This document shows, piece after piece, positions 36,335-50,522 of a stretch of DNA of 64,000 bases (position 1 is its first letter; each line of letters starts with the position of its first letter). Under the pieces are notes generated by a model that did no database searches, had not been told where the DNA came from, and saw only the letters and a list, made by a program, of their open reading frames with translations. The DNA is from Paragordius varius (Eukaryota > Animalia > Nematomorpha), in NCBI GenBank assembly GCA_964247055.1, contig OZ176051.1:1240001-1304000 (forward strand), written 5' to 3'. The translations under genes were made by a program, and so were the position numbers.

Positions 36335-38138
36335 ATGAGCACAAAAAGAGGTTGTAAATTCAACGATGAATTAATGAAAGATTTTTCTTTTATTAAAAAA
36401 ATGAAGAATGAATCATCTGTTAAATGTCTTAATTGAGAGGGGGAATTCACCCTAGCACATGGCGGCAAGCATGATATTACAAAGCATATGGCAACACAGA
36501 AACATAAAAAATGTTTAGATATGGCGGCATCATCTTACAAAAGCGATTTTTTTCGAAAAACCGTTTTTGGAGAGGAAGAAAAGAATTTGGCCCTAGCTGA
36601 GGGCGTGTTATCTTTTCACGCCGTTAATCACAATCATTCCTTTAGATCTATGGACTGTACCTCACAGGTTATTCGCACGTTTTTCCATAAAAAATTTACA
36701 TGTACCCGTACAAAGGCTGAAGCCATTGTGTGCAATGTCCTTTCGCCACATGCATTTCTGAAATACAAAAAGATTTGCTAAAAATTAATTTCTTAACCCT
36801 ATACTCTGATGCATCAAATCACCATGAAACAAAATTATTTCCCACTTTGATAAGATATTTTGATTCAGAAACCGGAGTAAAAATTAAAACCCGGTGAAAA
36901 TTCCGAAATAATATTTACTTCAATTATGCATATTCTAGAAAAAAATAATTTAAAAGACAAATCGCATATTGCGCTGACAACACCAATAAGAACTTTGGTG
37001 GAAAAGCAAGGAAGGGAACAAAAAATATTTTACATAAATTAACAGATAATGTTAATCAAAACATTATTGGCGTTGGGTGTGCAGCGCATATAATACACAA
37101 CGCTATTCAAACAGCTGCTGATTTGTTACCCCTAGATGTGGTAAATGTAGTAGTTAAAATATATTCCTATTTTTATATATCCACGGTACGTGTTGAAACG
37201 CTTAAAGAATTCTGTGAAAATGCAGAAGTTCAATATCAAAAAATGCTTGGATATTGTAAAACGCGTTGGTTAGCTTTTATGCCAGCTATCGAAGGAATTT
37301 TAAAAATGTATGATCCTTTAAAATCTTTTGTTTTTTGAAAGTGATTCTTCAAAAATATGGTTAGAATTCTTACATAATCAAGTTTCTCTCTTTCAAAATG
37401 TTATTAAATTTATAGAAGGTGACAAAATTTCGGCAATCGAAGTAGCCAATGAAGTTAACTTAAAATTCCAATCTCAAGAACGGTTAGAAAATAATTTTAT
37501 ACCATTAACCATCCGCAATATAATAAATAATTTAGAAAAACAAGGCTTAATAAATCGCCAAGATATCCTGTACCATATAAAAATGTTTTATACAAACTGT
37601 AAAGATTATTTGGAAGCTGGACGATGCAATTCAATGAAATTGATCATTTTCATTGGATAAAATTAAAATCAGAATTTAATTGGTGCGATGTTCAAAAATC
37701 ATTTGATTATATATGCTCCCAAAAATTCTCAAAAAGTAATCTTTCAGAAAATGATCTTTTTTCTGAAATATCATTAGTTAAAAGATATGTTAATAATGAA
37801 AAACTTAAATTATGGACAAACGAAAAATATACAGTAGAAAAGAAATGGTTGGAAATATTTCATCATTTTGAAGCCAACTATATTACAAACAATAATATTT
37901 TAAAAATTGTGGAATTCGCACTATCTTTACCTGGAACCAACGCTGCTACTGAGCGCGTTATTTCCACAGTAAATCAGGTGTGGACCTAAAAATCAAATTT
38001 AAATGTTGAAACTTTAAAGGCCGTTTTATCTGTCAAATATAATTTGACAAATTCTTGTGAATACTTCTACAATATTTTAAAAAATGATGACAATCTGCTA
38101 AAAAGCATTCACTCAAACAAAAAATATACCAAAGAATA
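36335..38138 (+). pseudogene. hAT transposase pseudogene
   Basis: BED-like start (VKCLN*..H..KH) with a TGA at a Cys position, frameshifted segments (TKAEAIV, GCAAHIIHNAIQ, KTRWLA), and the hATC motif LSLPGTNAATERV. Confidence 0.85.
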
Positions 38139-39169
38139 AAATATTTTCTTTAAAGTTTTTGTGTTAAAAAATAAACAAAATTACTTAAAATATTGTATAA
38201 GTCTTCATAATTTGTTAAATTATATTTGAACACATAAAATGGCTTTTATTCAACATTTAAATTTGATTCCGTGTCCTTACCTATAATTTACTGTGAAAAA
38301 ACGCGTTCAATAGCAGTGGTTCAGGTAAAGATAATGAAAATTCTACAATTAAAATATTATTGTATGAAACATAATTTGTTTAAAAATGATTATTTTAACC
38401 ATTTCTATCCTACTTATTTTTTTCTATGGTCCATAATATAAGTTTCATTCAATATATTTATTTAATATTGAGACTTCATAAAAAAGTGTCATTGTACACC
38501 GTCTTGTCTTCCAAATAATCGTTTCTGTTTGTATAAAACATTTATATATTCTGGCTATTCATTGAGCATTGTTTTTCTGGATGCTTTATAATATTGCGAT
38601 TAGGTAATGGTATAAAATTATTTTCTAACCTTTTTTGACTTGAAATTTTGACCTTTGTCCTGTGATAAAAAATAGGATTCTAGGAGATCACATTTTTATA
38701 AATATTTCAATCGCTGGCAAAAGAGCTAACCAACACTTCTACAACCAAGCATTTTAACATCTATATTTTTCACATCCAGGGGTAACAAATCAGTAGTTGT
38801 TTGAATAGCGTTGTGTATCTGCCAACAATGTTTTGATTAAGATTATTCGCTTAATTGTTAAAAATATTTTTATGCCGCTTCTTGCATCACCCAGCGCACT
38901 GTGTGATGATTTCGTCTTTATTATTTTTTTCTAGAATATTGCAATCACTTCATCCTTTGTTCGTGCACATGTAAATTTATTGAATAAGGTACAAACAACC
39001 TGTGAAATTTTTTTTCATATTTATAATGTATTTGTGTTAAAAATAAATAAATATTACAATAAATTTTTTGTATAAAAATTTTTGGTTTTACCCCCCAATG
39101 ACCCCCCCCCTTCTCAGATTTGTCCCGCTTTTTCCTTCAAAAAATCTGGTCACCTTAGGTATGGCTCCA

Positions 39170-41050
39170 TCAAAAAATACGCTACCATAGACTAATGCAA
39201 CTAAAAAGTGGTTTTTTGCCCAAAGATGACTTATCTTTCATCAGCTGCCCTCGATATTGGCAAAAACAATCCCAATCAAAAGGAGCTTTATAACAAATTA
39301 AATAAAGAGTTTGCTAACCAACAAAAAAATGATATAAACGCATATTAGGATAATCTTTGCGATGAAATCGAAAATAAAAATAAAAATAAAAAGGGTATAA
39401 ACATTATCACCTCAGTCAAACAAACTATTGCAACAAAAATATATTTATAAAGGACCTTTACTTGATTCCAATGGGATAGAAGTTACTGAAAAACATAATA
39501 TAATTAACAGAAGGAAACAATATTTCAAAGACCTTTACAGTGACTCAAACTTCACACATTCTCAGCATAACATCCCTATAGATAAACCACCCATCCTAGA
39601 AAGTGAGGTCCTCAATGCAATCAAATCTCTTCCTCGCAACAAAGCCTTGTGATATGACGACATCCCTATAATACTAAATTACATTCCATTAAAAACACTT
39701 ACAATCGTTTACCAAAATTTTTTCGATCCGCCATCTGCCAAACAATTGGTCTAAATCTCTACTTATACCGATTCATAAAAAAGGCAATCCTAAAATATGC
39801 AGCAACTACCGAACAAAAGCGCTTATATCGCAAGCTCAAAAATATTATAAAAAATATTGTATGATAGATTATTATCCCAAGTTGAGAATAACATCTCACA
39901 AAATCAAGCTGGTTTTTGGAAGCGAGGAGGCTGCAGAGACCATATCTGCAACCTTAGGTTTATCATGGAAAGATATATTATATAACACAACAAACCTTTT
40001 TATCTCTGTTTTATTGATTACACAAAAGCCTTTGACAAGATTATTCACAACACACTATGAGGAACCTTGGAAAAAATTGGCACAACACCTGCTCTCATCC
40101 AAATAAAAAAATCTTTATACAGCAACATTGATGCATGTATTCAAACCCTTTGATTTTTCATACAAATAGGGGCGCGCAAGGGTGCATCCTTTCACCACTA
40201 TTATTCACTTCACCGAACATATCTGGTCCAAGTTAGATACTCAGAATCATATCGGTCTAAATCTAGGCGGATAAATTAACCTTAAATACGCGGACGATAC
40301 TGTTCTACTTTCTGACTCACATTACGATTTATAACGCCTCCTGGAAAAACTACATCTTGAGAGCCAATCTCGGCCTCGAAATTAACCTGGCAAAAACCAA
40401 TCATATCAAATGAAGCCACATGCTCAATCAAAATGGGCGAACACTGTATAGAAACACTCGACAACTATATATTTAGGAGTCGAAATTATTAATAAAAATA
40501 ATACAACACCTGAAATTAAACGAAGACTAGCCATAGCCAGGGCTAAAATGAAATCATATCGCAAGATATGGTCTTCACAGAAAATACCAAAACTACCAAA
40601 ATAAAATTTTAAATTTAATAATATTCCCAATCGCAACCTATGGCTGCGAAAGCTGAGTATGCAAAAACTCTAACCAAAAAATTCTACAAGCTTTTGAGCG
40701 AACCTGTTGGAGAATGCTACTTGGTAAGAAATGGACGGACAAACTCACTAATGAATGGATCCGCATTACAATGAATTCTAAGATTATTTACTTCAAATGA
40801 TAACAAAACGGAGATTAGGCTACTTTGGCCACATCATCCGCAACAACAAATTGAAAAAACAATCATGCTAGGCCTGGTAAAAGGTAAACATAAAAGAGGC
40901 AGATTCAGAAAAAGATGGTCAAACAATTAACAGATGACACCCACCTTACAATCTCCAATCTGATCACAGATCAGCCTACAGAAAATTTGTCCAAGAAGTC
41001 CAGAAAATTGAATATGTCATTCACTTATTCATCAGACTATATAAAATCAC
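39170..41050 (+). mobile_element. Degenerate RTE-clade LINE (reverse transcriptase region)
   Basis: Broken frames contain CFIDYTKAFDK, (G)AQGCILSPLLF, NLKYADDTVL, RRLAIARA, YGCESW-like and YFGHIIR motifs. Confidence 0.85.
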
Positions 41051-42917
41051 TAATGATTTTAGACATTTCATGTTTAATGGCGTATTCAACTGAGCGCTTT
41101 CTCTTCTTATATTAACCTTTTTGCAGCACCTTATGCTAAATAGCCCTTGTGGGTATACGTAGTTTTGAAGCAATTTTTAAAAAAAACTTAGGAGACGAAA
41201 CGGCTTCAATTATAGCCATTTAAAAGCGAAAATTTTAGTTTAATTTTTTCAAATAGCATATGGTTGGGCCGTACGCGATGAATGGGTCTCCAAACACAAA
41301 ACACTGGAGACTATTTTTTTCTGCTTATTGCATAAAATTAATGATATTATCGACTAAGTCACAACGAGTAACGGAGAAATAGTAAGCAAGATTATTTAGC
41401 GCAAATAATAAAGTTCGATAGATTTTGCAGGATATATAAAGTAAGCTCAAAGCGGTGATCCGCCATGTTAAACTTATTTAGTAATTTTACTGTGATGATA
41501 TTTCAAGTTATAAATGCTGGAAAAACAATTTTTAGTCCTTACAATTTTATAAAAAAAAGTTCTTTATTCCGGCCACATGTAACGTAAAATCCAGTGCTCT
41601 ACGCAGGAGACAGACAGTTGGTTATATATTGAATTAGTAATTAAATCCCAAAAGGATCTTTTTTATTATATCAGTATGAAATATTATGCAAACTTGTTTG
41701 AAAGTCGAAATTTGTTTATTATCTAAATTAACTTCAATCTTATGGGAACATTACTTGAAATTCAGCAAATTTCCATAACACTTAATTTAAACCGTTTTTT
41801 AGCATCTCTTTTCAAAAATTCGGCATTTAATCCTGTCTTTTGAAGTCCGGAGAAAAATCTTATTTCTAGTTATAAGTCATGTGTTACTCTACTTTTTAAA
41901 TTTTACCTTAATCAATCAAGTCCACATCTTCGCAAATGCACTAACCATTATAATAAAGTTTTTTAAATAAAAGGCATAATAATATATGGATAAGCTTAAT
42001 TTTTATTTTTAATTAAATATGATAAAGATAAATCTAATAGATTATATTGATCAAAGACATATACAATATTATTAATATACGTGCGTTTAATACGATCTAA
42101 GTACTAATATTGTGCTGAACTGGTTTTTTTGTATTATTATATAATTATTTTATAAAATGTTTTAATACTTTATTGTTTTCTATTTCTCGAATATAATTTT
42201 TTGTGAGTAGCCTTGGCATTATTTCGACAATACCGCTGTTAATTGTTTATATTCTCACCTTTAACGCTAAAAACTGTATACTTTAAATCGTAATTAAAAA
42301 ATTAGACTTTTTTCAAAAAACGGTTATTTATAATCAACACAAAATCAAGAAAAAACAATAAACATACAAAACATGATATTTCCTTATGAATTATTTTTCG
42401 AATCACAAAACAAGCATTGTTTTTCAATGTAAAGTCCCGCCTCTATTCATGGAATAAGTGATTATTTTGATAAAGAATCGCCATATAAATTATGTTATCT
42501 ATGTAAATTTATTATATAAAAAATATTTTGATCCATCTCTCCTCGATAAATTCGATAAATTTCCAAAAAATATAAATTTACAAATTTACCATGTATACAT
42601 ATATTTATTTTTCGGAAAATATTGCAATCGCTTTACCTGTTTCATAGTAGTAATTATATAGCAATATAATCCACGTGCCGACGAGATTGACATATAAACT
42701 ATGTCAATATTTGGTTTAGAAATGAAGAGAAATGTATCATATAATATATAATGTAAAACAAGCGCGTTTTTATTTTTTTTGGATATCATATCAACTCGAC
42801 TCAATCAAAATGAATTAACAATATTAACAATATTATATTCACCAAAAAAAAGATATTTTAAAAGCATATTGATTGAATTTTCTACCCAATCTTTTACACG
42901 GAAACTGTAATTTTTGG

Positions 42918-45900
42918 ATGAGAAATAATCACCTTTTCACTTTATACGACACTATGGGACACCTAACAAAAACCAATCATCCGAAACGCAAAAAAAATTC
43001 CATTTTAAATTTTGTGTTGAGTGTTGGTCTTGGATTTCTAATCTCTATTGTTATACAATTACTTATACTTTCACGTACGCCTTGTCAAATTCTCAACAGT
43101 TTTAGCAATAAATTTTATCAAAAATTGCCACAAAGTTTCGGATCACCTCAGCCTTTGATTGGACCGAATAATAATTTAAACTCTGTGTTAACAGCCAATT
43201 ATTTGCCTAATAATGTACCAGAAATCGGATCAGGTATGTATTGCGTTTATAAAATTAAATCCTTAAGTATGCTAAAAAAAGTTTTTAACCCAATAAATTT
43301 TTTAATGTTCCTTATTATTGACAATTTTTAAATATGTTATGCATATTTGCAAATAATATTAATATGAATTCAATTTTTATTTTTGTTTTTTTCTTTCACC
43401 TTTCGATACTTTGATTTTTAGGTATTGTTTATTTGACAGGATGTTAGTAATTATAAAAAAATGTTTACATTATATCAAAAAAACAACGCTGTTTACATAA
43501 AAATTGGCCATGATTTTTAATTTATAAAAAAGATATAATCTATAAAAAATGTAACATATCGGAAATACTGTGTATTTATAAATGGTTAGTTGTGTATAAA
43601 AAATAAAAAATTACAGTTAGCAGGGTTAACAATACAAATAGCTTTATGGGCCACATTAAAAATATATATACGCATTAATAAATATTTTATTCGATTTCTA
43701 AGATAAGATTGTAAAAATAATTATGAATACAATATTACTACCACACCAATTTTTGCTATTTAGTTGCCAACGTTTGGGCAGACTTACTCAGAAAATTTGT
43801 TGAAGAAAAATCATAAGATTTTGGAACTAGCATATCTTATAAATCATGTTATTAATGCAGTTATTATAACATAGAGTTCACCCCTGGTTTTCGAGCGATT
43901 TCTTTTAAGTTTTGTAATTTTAGATGTTTTTTTACCAAAACAAATTTTTTTTAATGTGTTTAGATGTAAATAACTTAGTTATTGTCGGCGTTATGACTGC
44001 ACAAAAATTCATAAATAGCCGAGTCATTGCAGGTTACGAAACTTGGGCCAAAACTATCCCGGGGAAAGTCATTTATTTTTGCAGTGATATTGATGTGGAT
44101 TCTGACAATATGACTCTAAATGCAAACTCAACACAACTACCTTTAAATGGAACTGAAACCGAGATCGACTTAGATTCTGGTAGGATTTATATCAATTTTA
44201 GTTTATGATAAATATGTTGTCACTAAGACAAGTTTTTTTATATAAATTTTAAGAATAAGTGTGTAGTTTGAAAATTTTTTTAGAGATAAAAAATTTATTA
44301 ATTGGTGCTCAATTTTATTGGTTAGTTTGTATAAAAACAAATCTGAAATATTTTTTCATTTATTGTGTAAAATATTATATTCTTCTCTAAATATATTCAT
44401 TACATTTACTCAAGACAAAATCTTTGAGATGTCGCCCAAGTTTCTGAGATTCAAACCGAAAAGAATCCATATTCCTGGCATGTCACCTGAGCAAGAACCG
44501 CTCATTATTTCTTTGCCAGGGGTCACTGATGCCTACCCGCCCCAAAAGAAATCTTTTATGATGCTCAAATTTTTGTATGACAATTTTTATGATCAGTTCA
44601 AATGGTTCATTAGGGCTGACGATGATGTATTTATAAGGGGAGATCAATTAACTACCCTACTAAAGTCACTCAATGAAAATAGACCGTATTTTATAGGTAT
44701 TCTGCTTCCTAAGAGAATGTTGTTACAATTTAACAGCTAAAATTTAAATACGGGCAAAACGTAAAAACATAAAGACAAATGTTTTATTTTAAACCACTAT
44801 GTTTATATATGATTTTTTTTTAAAATATACTCATTGTTTCAAACTGAAAAGTATGAAAAATCAATTATTTATTTAAAAATGTAACTTTATAGTTTACATA
44901 AGAAAAATTAAGGTTTAAAAAGTATGGTTGACTTTTAAAAATATTTCTTACGTTTTGTCTGTATAATATAAATTTTTACGATAGTATTTATAAAATCTTG
45001 TATACATAGGTCAGACCGGTCAAGGGATTAAAGCAGAGATGGGATTGTTACATCTTAACTTTGATGAAAATTTTTGTATGGGTGGACCATCTATGATTCT
45101 CAGCAAAGAAACGATAAAGCGAATGGCACCTCACATAAAGTATTGCTTGAATCATTTATACACCTCTCATGAAGACATAGAAATCGGGCGATGTGTTAAA
45201 ACATTTGCTGGGACAGCGTGCACTTGGGCCTATGAGGTATTAAATAATGAATTTTCAAAAATTTGTAAAGCAAAAGATTTTGATTTATAAATAAGGGTTA
45301 AATTTTTGACTTAATATGCAAAATAACCGGTCTGACGGCTTGTAAATTCAGGACTCATAGTTATAATCATAAAATTAATACCACAAATGCATATCCATAT
45401 TGCAATTAAATAACAAATTTGCCAATTAAATCGGTTTAATAGTGCTGATATAATATTATAAACAATTAACGATTTGAGAAATTTTATTTTATACTTTCTT
45501 ACATTGAATATTAATTTCATACCATTATTTTTATATGATTTATATCATGGGACAAGCCTGTTTACAATTTTTTTTGACTGGTTATTTTTAGAAGCGGAAA
45601 TCAATCGAGGTCTGACGCAACCCTATTTCGAAATAATTATAAGCATAACTAAAATCCAAAATTTGTTTGTAATTACAATGGCAACTTTTTCAATTGTCTC
45701 AAATATTTTAATTGATATAATATTCAAGCACATCAATTTTCAGTATATATGTATATTCTATATATCTTTCAGACTCAAAACATATTTTTGCACAACCCGA
45801 ACGGCGAAACTGTTTGGATCCGGAATAATACTTCAACAATGAAAGCAGCTTATGATCGGGCACTAACTATCCATCCATTCAAGAACCACATGGGGTTTTA

Positions 45901-47476
45901 TGATGCCCGGGCTTATTTCCTTCAGCGGAAAATGATGCATTTGCGACAATACCATTGGCAACTCAAATTGCAACTCAACGCATTTAAAAAAACACCGAGC
46001 AATGATCCTTTTGTCAAACCAAAGTTTGACCGAAAACAAAATATCCCTCAATATGTTTATGTGGTTAAGGATTATATTTTACTCTCCAACAAAATGAGTA
46101 ACCCGAAAAGAAAAATAGATGATAGCTTAAAGGAACACTTGGAAAACATAAAGAATTGGATTGTGGCACATTTGAATCCCTTGATACAAAATCAAGGTTT
46201 GTACTTTTACAAATCTGAAATTCGGTGGACATACCTTAGTGTAGATAATCCCTTGGGACACGATATGTACATGAGTATTCTCTTCAACTACAAACGCCAC
46301 AAATCAAATTACCGGAAATGGATTGATGCCGAATTTAAAATTCATTGCCCTTACTATGATATGATTTTCCAGGAATTCGATCCACTTGATACAAGGTTAA
46401 CTATGAGGAGCGGTTTAAATATCACAAATAGCAAAAACGGAGGGAATGAAAACAAAAAAAGCTCTCAACCGGCGGCCCCAATTTTAGATTTGAATGCTTG
46501 GAAACCGGTTTTCGCTAGCCTTGTGGATCGCATTAAAGAAATGGCTTTGTCAGATTCCTCCAACAAACAAGACATTTTAGACAGTAACAGCAATAGCAAC
46601 AATTATTTTTTGAATGAATGGCGAAAAATTACCATAAACTTTATCGTTCCTTTGGCTGGACGAATGGCCAATTTTAAAAGATTTCTCACAAATTTTGAGC
46701 TCGTTTGTTTGGCTAACAATGAAGCGGTAACCTTGACCATTGTTAATTTTCAAATCAATGACATCAACAATAGTAGTATTCCTACTATGGAAAACAATGA
46801 AACAAATACATTGATTCTAAAATACTTGAATGAGTTAAAAACGAAACATCCAATTTACACGAATGCAATAGATATCATAAATTTGAAGGGTGATTTTAGC
46901 CGAGGATTGGCTCTTGAAATCGGTTCTTCCCGGTTCCAAGCTAATGATTTACTGTTTTTCATTGACGTTGATATGATTTTTGATAGAGCATTTTTGCGAC
47001 GCATACGTCATTTTGCTCGTTTTAACCAATCCATATATTATCCCATAGTGTTTAGTCAATACAATCCTGAATTCGTTCCTGGCAATAAGAATTACATTCA
47101 ATCCATTAATGATTTTAACATTACCTTGTTGCCGAATTTGTTGTCGTTCGCTAATCAAGGACATCTCATAAGCCTTGAACGTGGATATTGGCGAACTTAT
47201 GGTTTTGGGTTGGTTGGCATTTATAAATATGATTTTGAGCAAGTTGGTGGTTTTGACATGAGTATTTTGGGTTGGGGAAAGGAGGATGTAGACCTCTTTG
47301 ATAAAAGTTTGAAAGAAAAGTATCAAGTTTTCCATGCCCCCGACCCTGGGCTAATTCACGTTTTCCATGATTCTGAGTGTCCTTCAGAGCTTAAGGATGA
47401 CCAGTTTGCCATGTGTCTCAAATCCAAAGGCAATAACTTGGCTAACAATAAAAATTTGTACAATTACCTTTATTAA
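42918..47476 (+). CDS. CHSY1: Chondroitin sulfate synthase 1-like, 5 exons
   Basis: TM in exon 1, then VGVMTAQKF..WAKTIPGKV, LPGVTDAYPPQKKSFMMLK..WFIRADDDV, FCMGGP..HEDIEIGRC, and a CHGN-type last exon (IVPLAGR..F, LLFFIDVD, YYPIVFSQY, GFDMSILGWGKEDVDL). Start codon could instead be 42953. Confidence 0.93.
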
Positions 47477-47784
47477 TCCTTCCAACTCTGAAAAAAGTAT
47501 AACATAATAGAAACTAAGCAAAGAAAGCATTAAAATACAATGGAAAAATGGACATTTTTCTCTTTTAAAAAGTACTCAGATACAATTACACACCTGCCAT
47601 TGCTCAACCAAAGTATATCAATCAAGTCACCAAAAAAAACAATTAACATGTATTTTATCATATTATAATATTTGTATATATAAGTTTTTCATATTTAAAA
47701 CATATTAATTAAATAAAATTGGAAAAACATTTGATTTATTCATAACTGAAATCGACAAATGTGAGCTAATTTATAAAAAAAATG

Positions 47785-50412
47785 TTAAAGATTAGAGTTT
47801 TTGGGGTCTTCAGGTTCTTTAACCTTTTCTGTTGAGATTGAGGTTTCCGATTTTGTTTCTTTTTTATTTGCAACATTTTTGTAATGTGTTTCAAGCGCTT
47901 GAAGAAATTTAAGCCAATCTAACACATACAAAAAATGGATATTTAGTGGTTAATTAAAAAAGCAGAATAAAAATAGTTTTTATATAAAAAAATTAACCTC
48001 CATTGTTTGTGGCATCCAGTATTTTATCTTTATAACCAAAGCTTTGAATCAAAGCGGATAATTGGCCAGATTGAAATGCTTGGGCGAAAATGCGAAATGC
48101 CTAGAAAAAAATTTAAAATGTCAGTTTTTTAAAAATTTATCTCAATATTTTATTACATTTTATAAAAATAAAAAAAAATCTATATATTTACCTGTTTAAA
48201 TTGTGGACTCGTCAAATTTTGCTTGATATATTCTGGATCGGAAACAGTTAAATCAATCTTATCAGGTAGGAATTGAAGTAAGGCTTTAACATTGGACTCA
48301 TTGTTACAAACCTCATTTATCAAATCGGCTTTGATTAAGGGTGAAACATCGGCAACTATATATATACATAAATTAAAAAAAATGTTTTTTTCAAAATTTA
48401 CAGTAAAATAATTAGAATTTTGAAAATTAAGAGAGAGCATAAAAAACAAATACTATATTCATTAAGAAAAGATATTATATAAATATATAAATATTTTTAT
48501 ATACAAATATTATTTTGGGTAGCGAATTAAGGAATAGAGATATTTGTTTATTTTATATTCAAAAATTGTATTCAAGAGATTACATTCCAAAATTAAAGCT
48601 TAAAAACTTAGTCTTTTGTTTTATAACTTAAAATTTCATTTAAAAATATTAAGCAATAATTTACAAAAGGTGGTATAAAATACCCTTTTCCTGTTGTTGT
48701 GCATTGAGGGCTGTTTGTTCATTTGCCGAATAATCAGACTTGCCTGTTATATTAGCCAAAGCACTTTGTAACATTTTCAATTCAATTTTATTATTACTAA
48801 CATTATTACTAACTGCTGTCCCCCCAGAACTAGTTTGGGTTGTTGAGTTATTTGCATTTCCAGATTGAATGGCCCCTATTAAAATAAAGAATCGTAAATT
48901 GATATTATTGATACTTTTTTCCAATTTTAAACACATATTAAACTATTGTATTAATAAACTATTGAATAGTAACTGTGAAAATTTTATTTCTGTAATAAAT
49001 ACACCTTCCTTATGCCCCCTTAAACCAGCTTATTTTACAGTATACACCAAAAAAATCGTCAATCAAAATAACTATGGGAAATTATCAAATTTAAATGCAT
49101 AAAAAATTCGTTCTCTTTGACAATAATAACAAAAAGTAAAACCGAAAAGACAATTATTTTTTTAAAAAAGGCGATATTTAAGAATAAATATCTTTATAAA
49201 GCCTAAATGATAGCAATTGAAACATCTTAGTCTTTAAATTTTACAACTCAAAACAATAGTTTATATTTAAAATATCTAAGCTAAAAAAATTTAGTTTTTG
49301 TTTCCATAATTTCAATTTTATTAAATTTTCCATTTAATAAATAAGCATAAAAATACCCAAAAGCGAAGAATTGGCAGCATTAGAGTTTTTGGGAATATTA
49401 GCGGCTGGTAAATTAGCATTATTAAGACCCCCAAAGAGTGAACCAGCCGCTCCACCCGGGGCGCCGAAATTGCTTGAAAGCAATTGCATAATTTGGTTTC
49501 GATTCATTCCGCCCAGGAAAGATTGAATATCATTTTCATTCATACCTATTATCGTTTATTTTATAAATGTGATGCGTTGAAATACTTTCTGTATAAATTC
49601 AAATTATAAAAGATTTTATATTTTCTATAAACAATATATATTTAGGTAGTTATAGTTAACATGATTTACACATAAATATTTTTACCATGTATATTTATTT
49701 TGCTCAAAACGTTTTAAATGCCTTTATTGAAACCATATGAATAAAATAGCGTTGACCATAAAAAATGGTAATTTGTGAATATAAGTTAATATAGTATCTT
49801 TAAAAAATATTCTAACGAGTTATTTTTATATTGCTCATATAATTTTTATCTAAAAATATTTGAAAAAGAAACATACCACCCAAACCCCCAAACGGATTAT
49901 CTTTGCCAGCAAAAGTTCCCGATTCATAATCTGCATCTTCTCCGTTAACGATATCCATAATTTTGTTCCAATTCTCTTCATCTTTCTCAGATTTTGGTTC
50001 CTAAATTATATGTATATAATTACAGTAAATTAATCATATTTAACTTAATATATCAATAAATTTTAAACTTAAATTATATAAAACCCATATATATATTTAC
50101 CTGCATCCAATAAAAGTGCTTAGCTAAGCCCGATTTAATCTTAAGCAAATAAGCACGTCCGGTTGTACAGGCGTCAAGTTTTTTAATCTCCACATCATCC
50201 GGAAACAAAATAAGATCCTTAATTTTAAAATATAAAATTCATACATCTTCTTGAGTTCCAGAAGTGCGATCTTTCCAACAAAAATGCACTAAACCATCTT
50301 CAGACTTGTATAAATATATGAGTCCTTTACGCTTATCAGGGTGAACCATATCGCCTTTAAGATACATTTTTCCAGCCCGCATCGATACCAAATTTTCGAC
50401 TTTAACAGCCAT
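47785..50412 (-). CDS. ADRM1: Proteasomal ubiquitin receptor Rpn13, about 8 exons
   Basis: PRU domain [57 protein letters not shown]; DEUBAD-like [22 protein letters not shown]. First intron 50244-50218 is 27 nt. Confidence 0.93.
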
Positions 50413-50522
50413 GTGTAGAGATGTGTGAATGATATTGTAGATAAGCGAAAAGCAACATTTCTCGATTAGGTTGCATATTTTTATAGTTAAAACGCCGATA
50501 TCTTTCGTCATTTTGAAAGTTA

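Larger units (their letters stand above)
35698..39157 (+). mobile_element. hAT DNA transposon (Blackjack-like termini), 3460 bp, both ends intact
   Basis: 13-bp perfect TIR TAAGGTGACCAGA / TCTGGTCACCTTA; 8-bp TSD GGTATGGC at 35690-35697 and 39158-39165; subterminal GTCCCG repeats. Confidence 0.95.

Noticed and set aside
45863-47335. Minus-strand ORFs inside CHSY (similarly 8663-8920, 62186-62530, 63001-63258, 28687-28923)
   Set aside because: Alternative-frame or antisense shadows of long conserved exons, with no family motifs.
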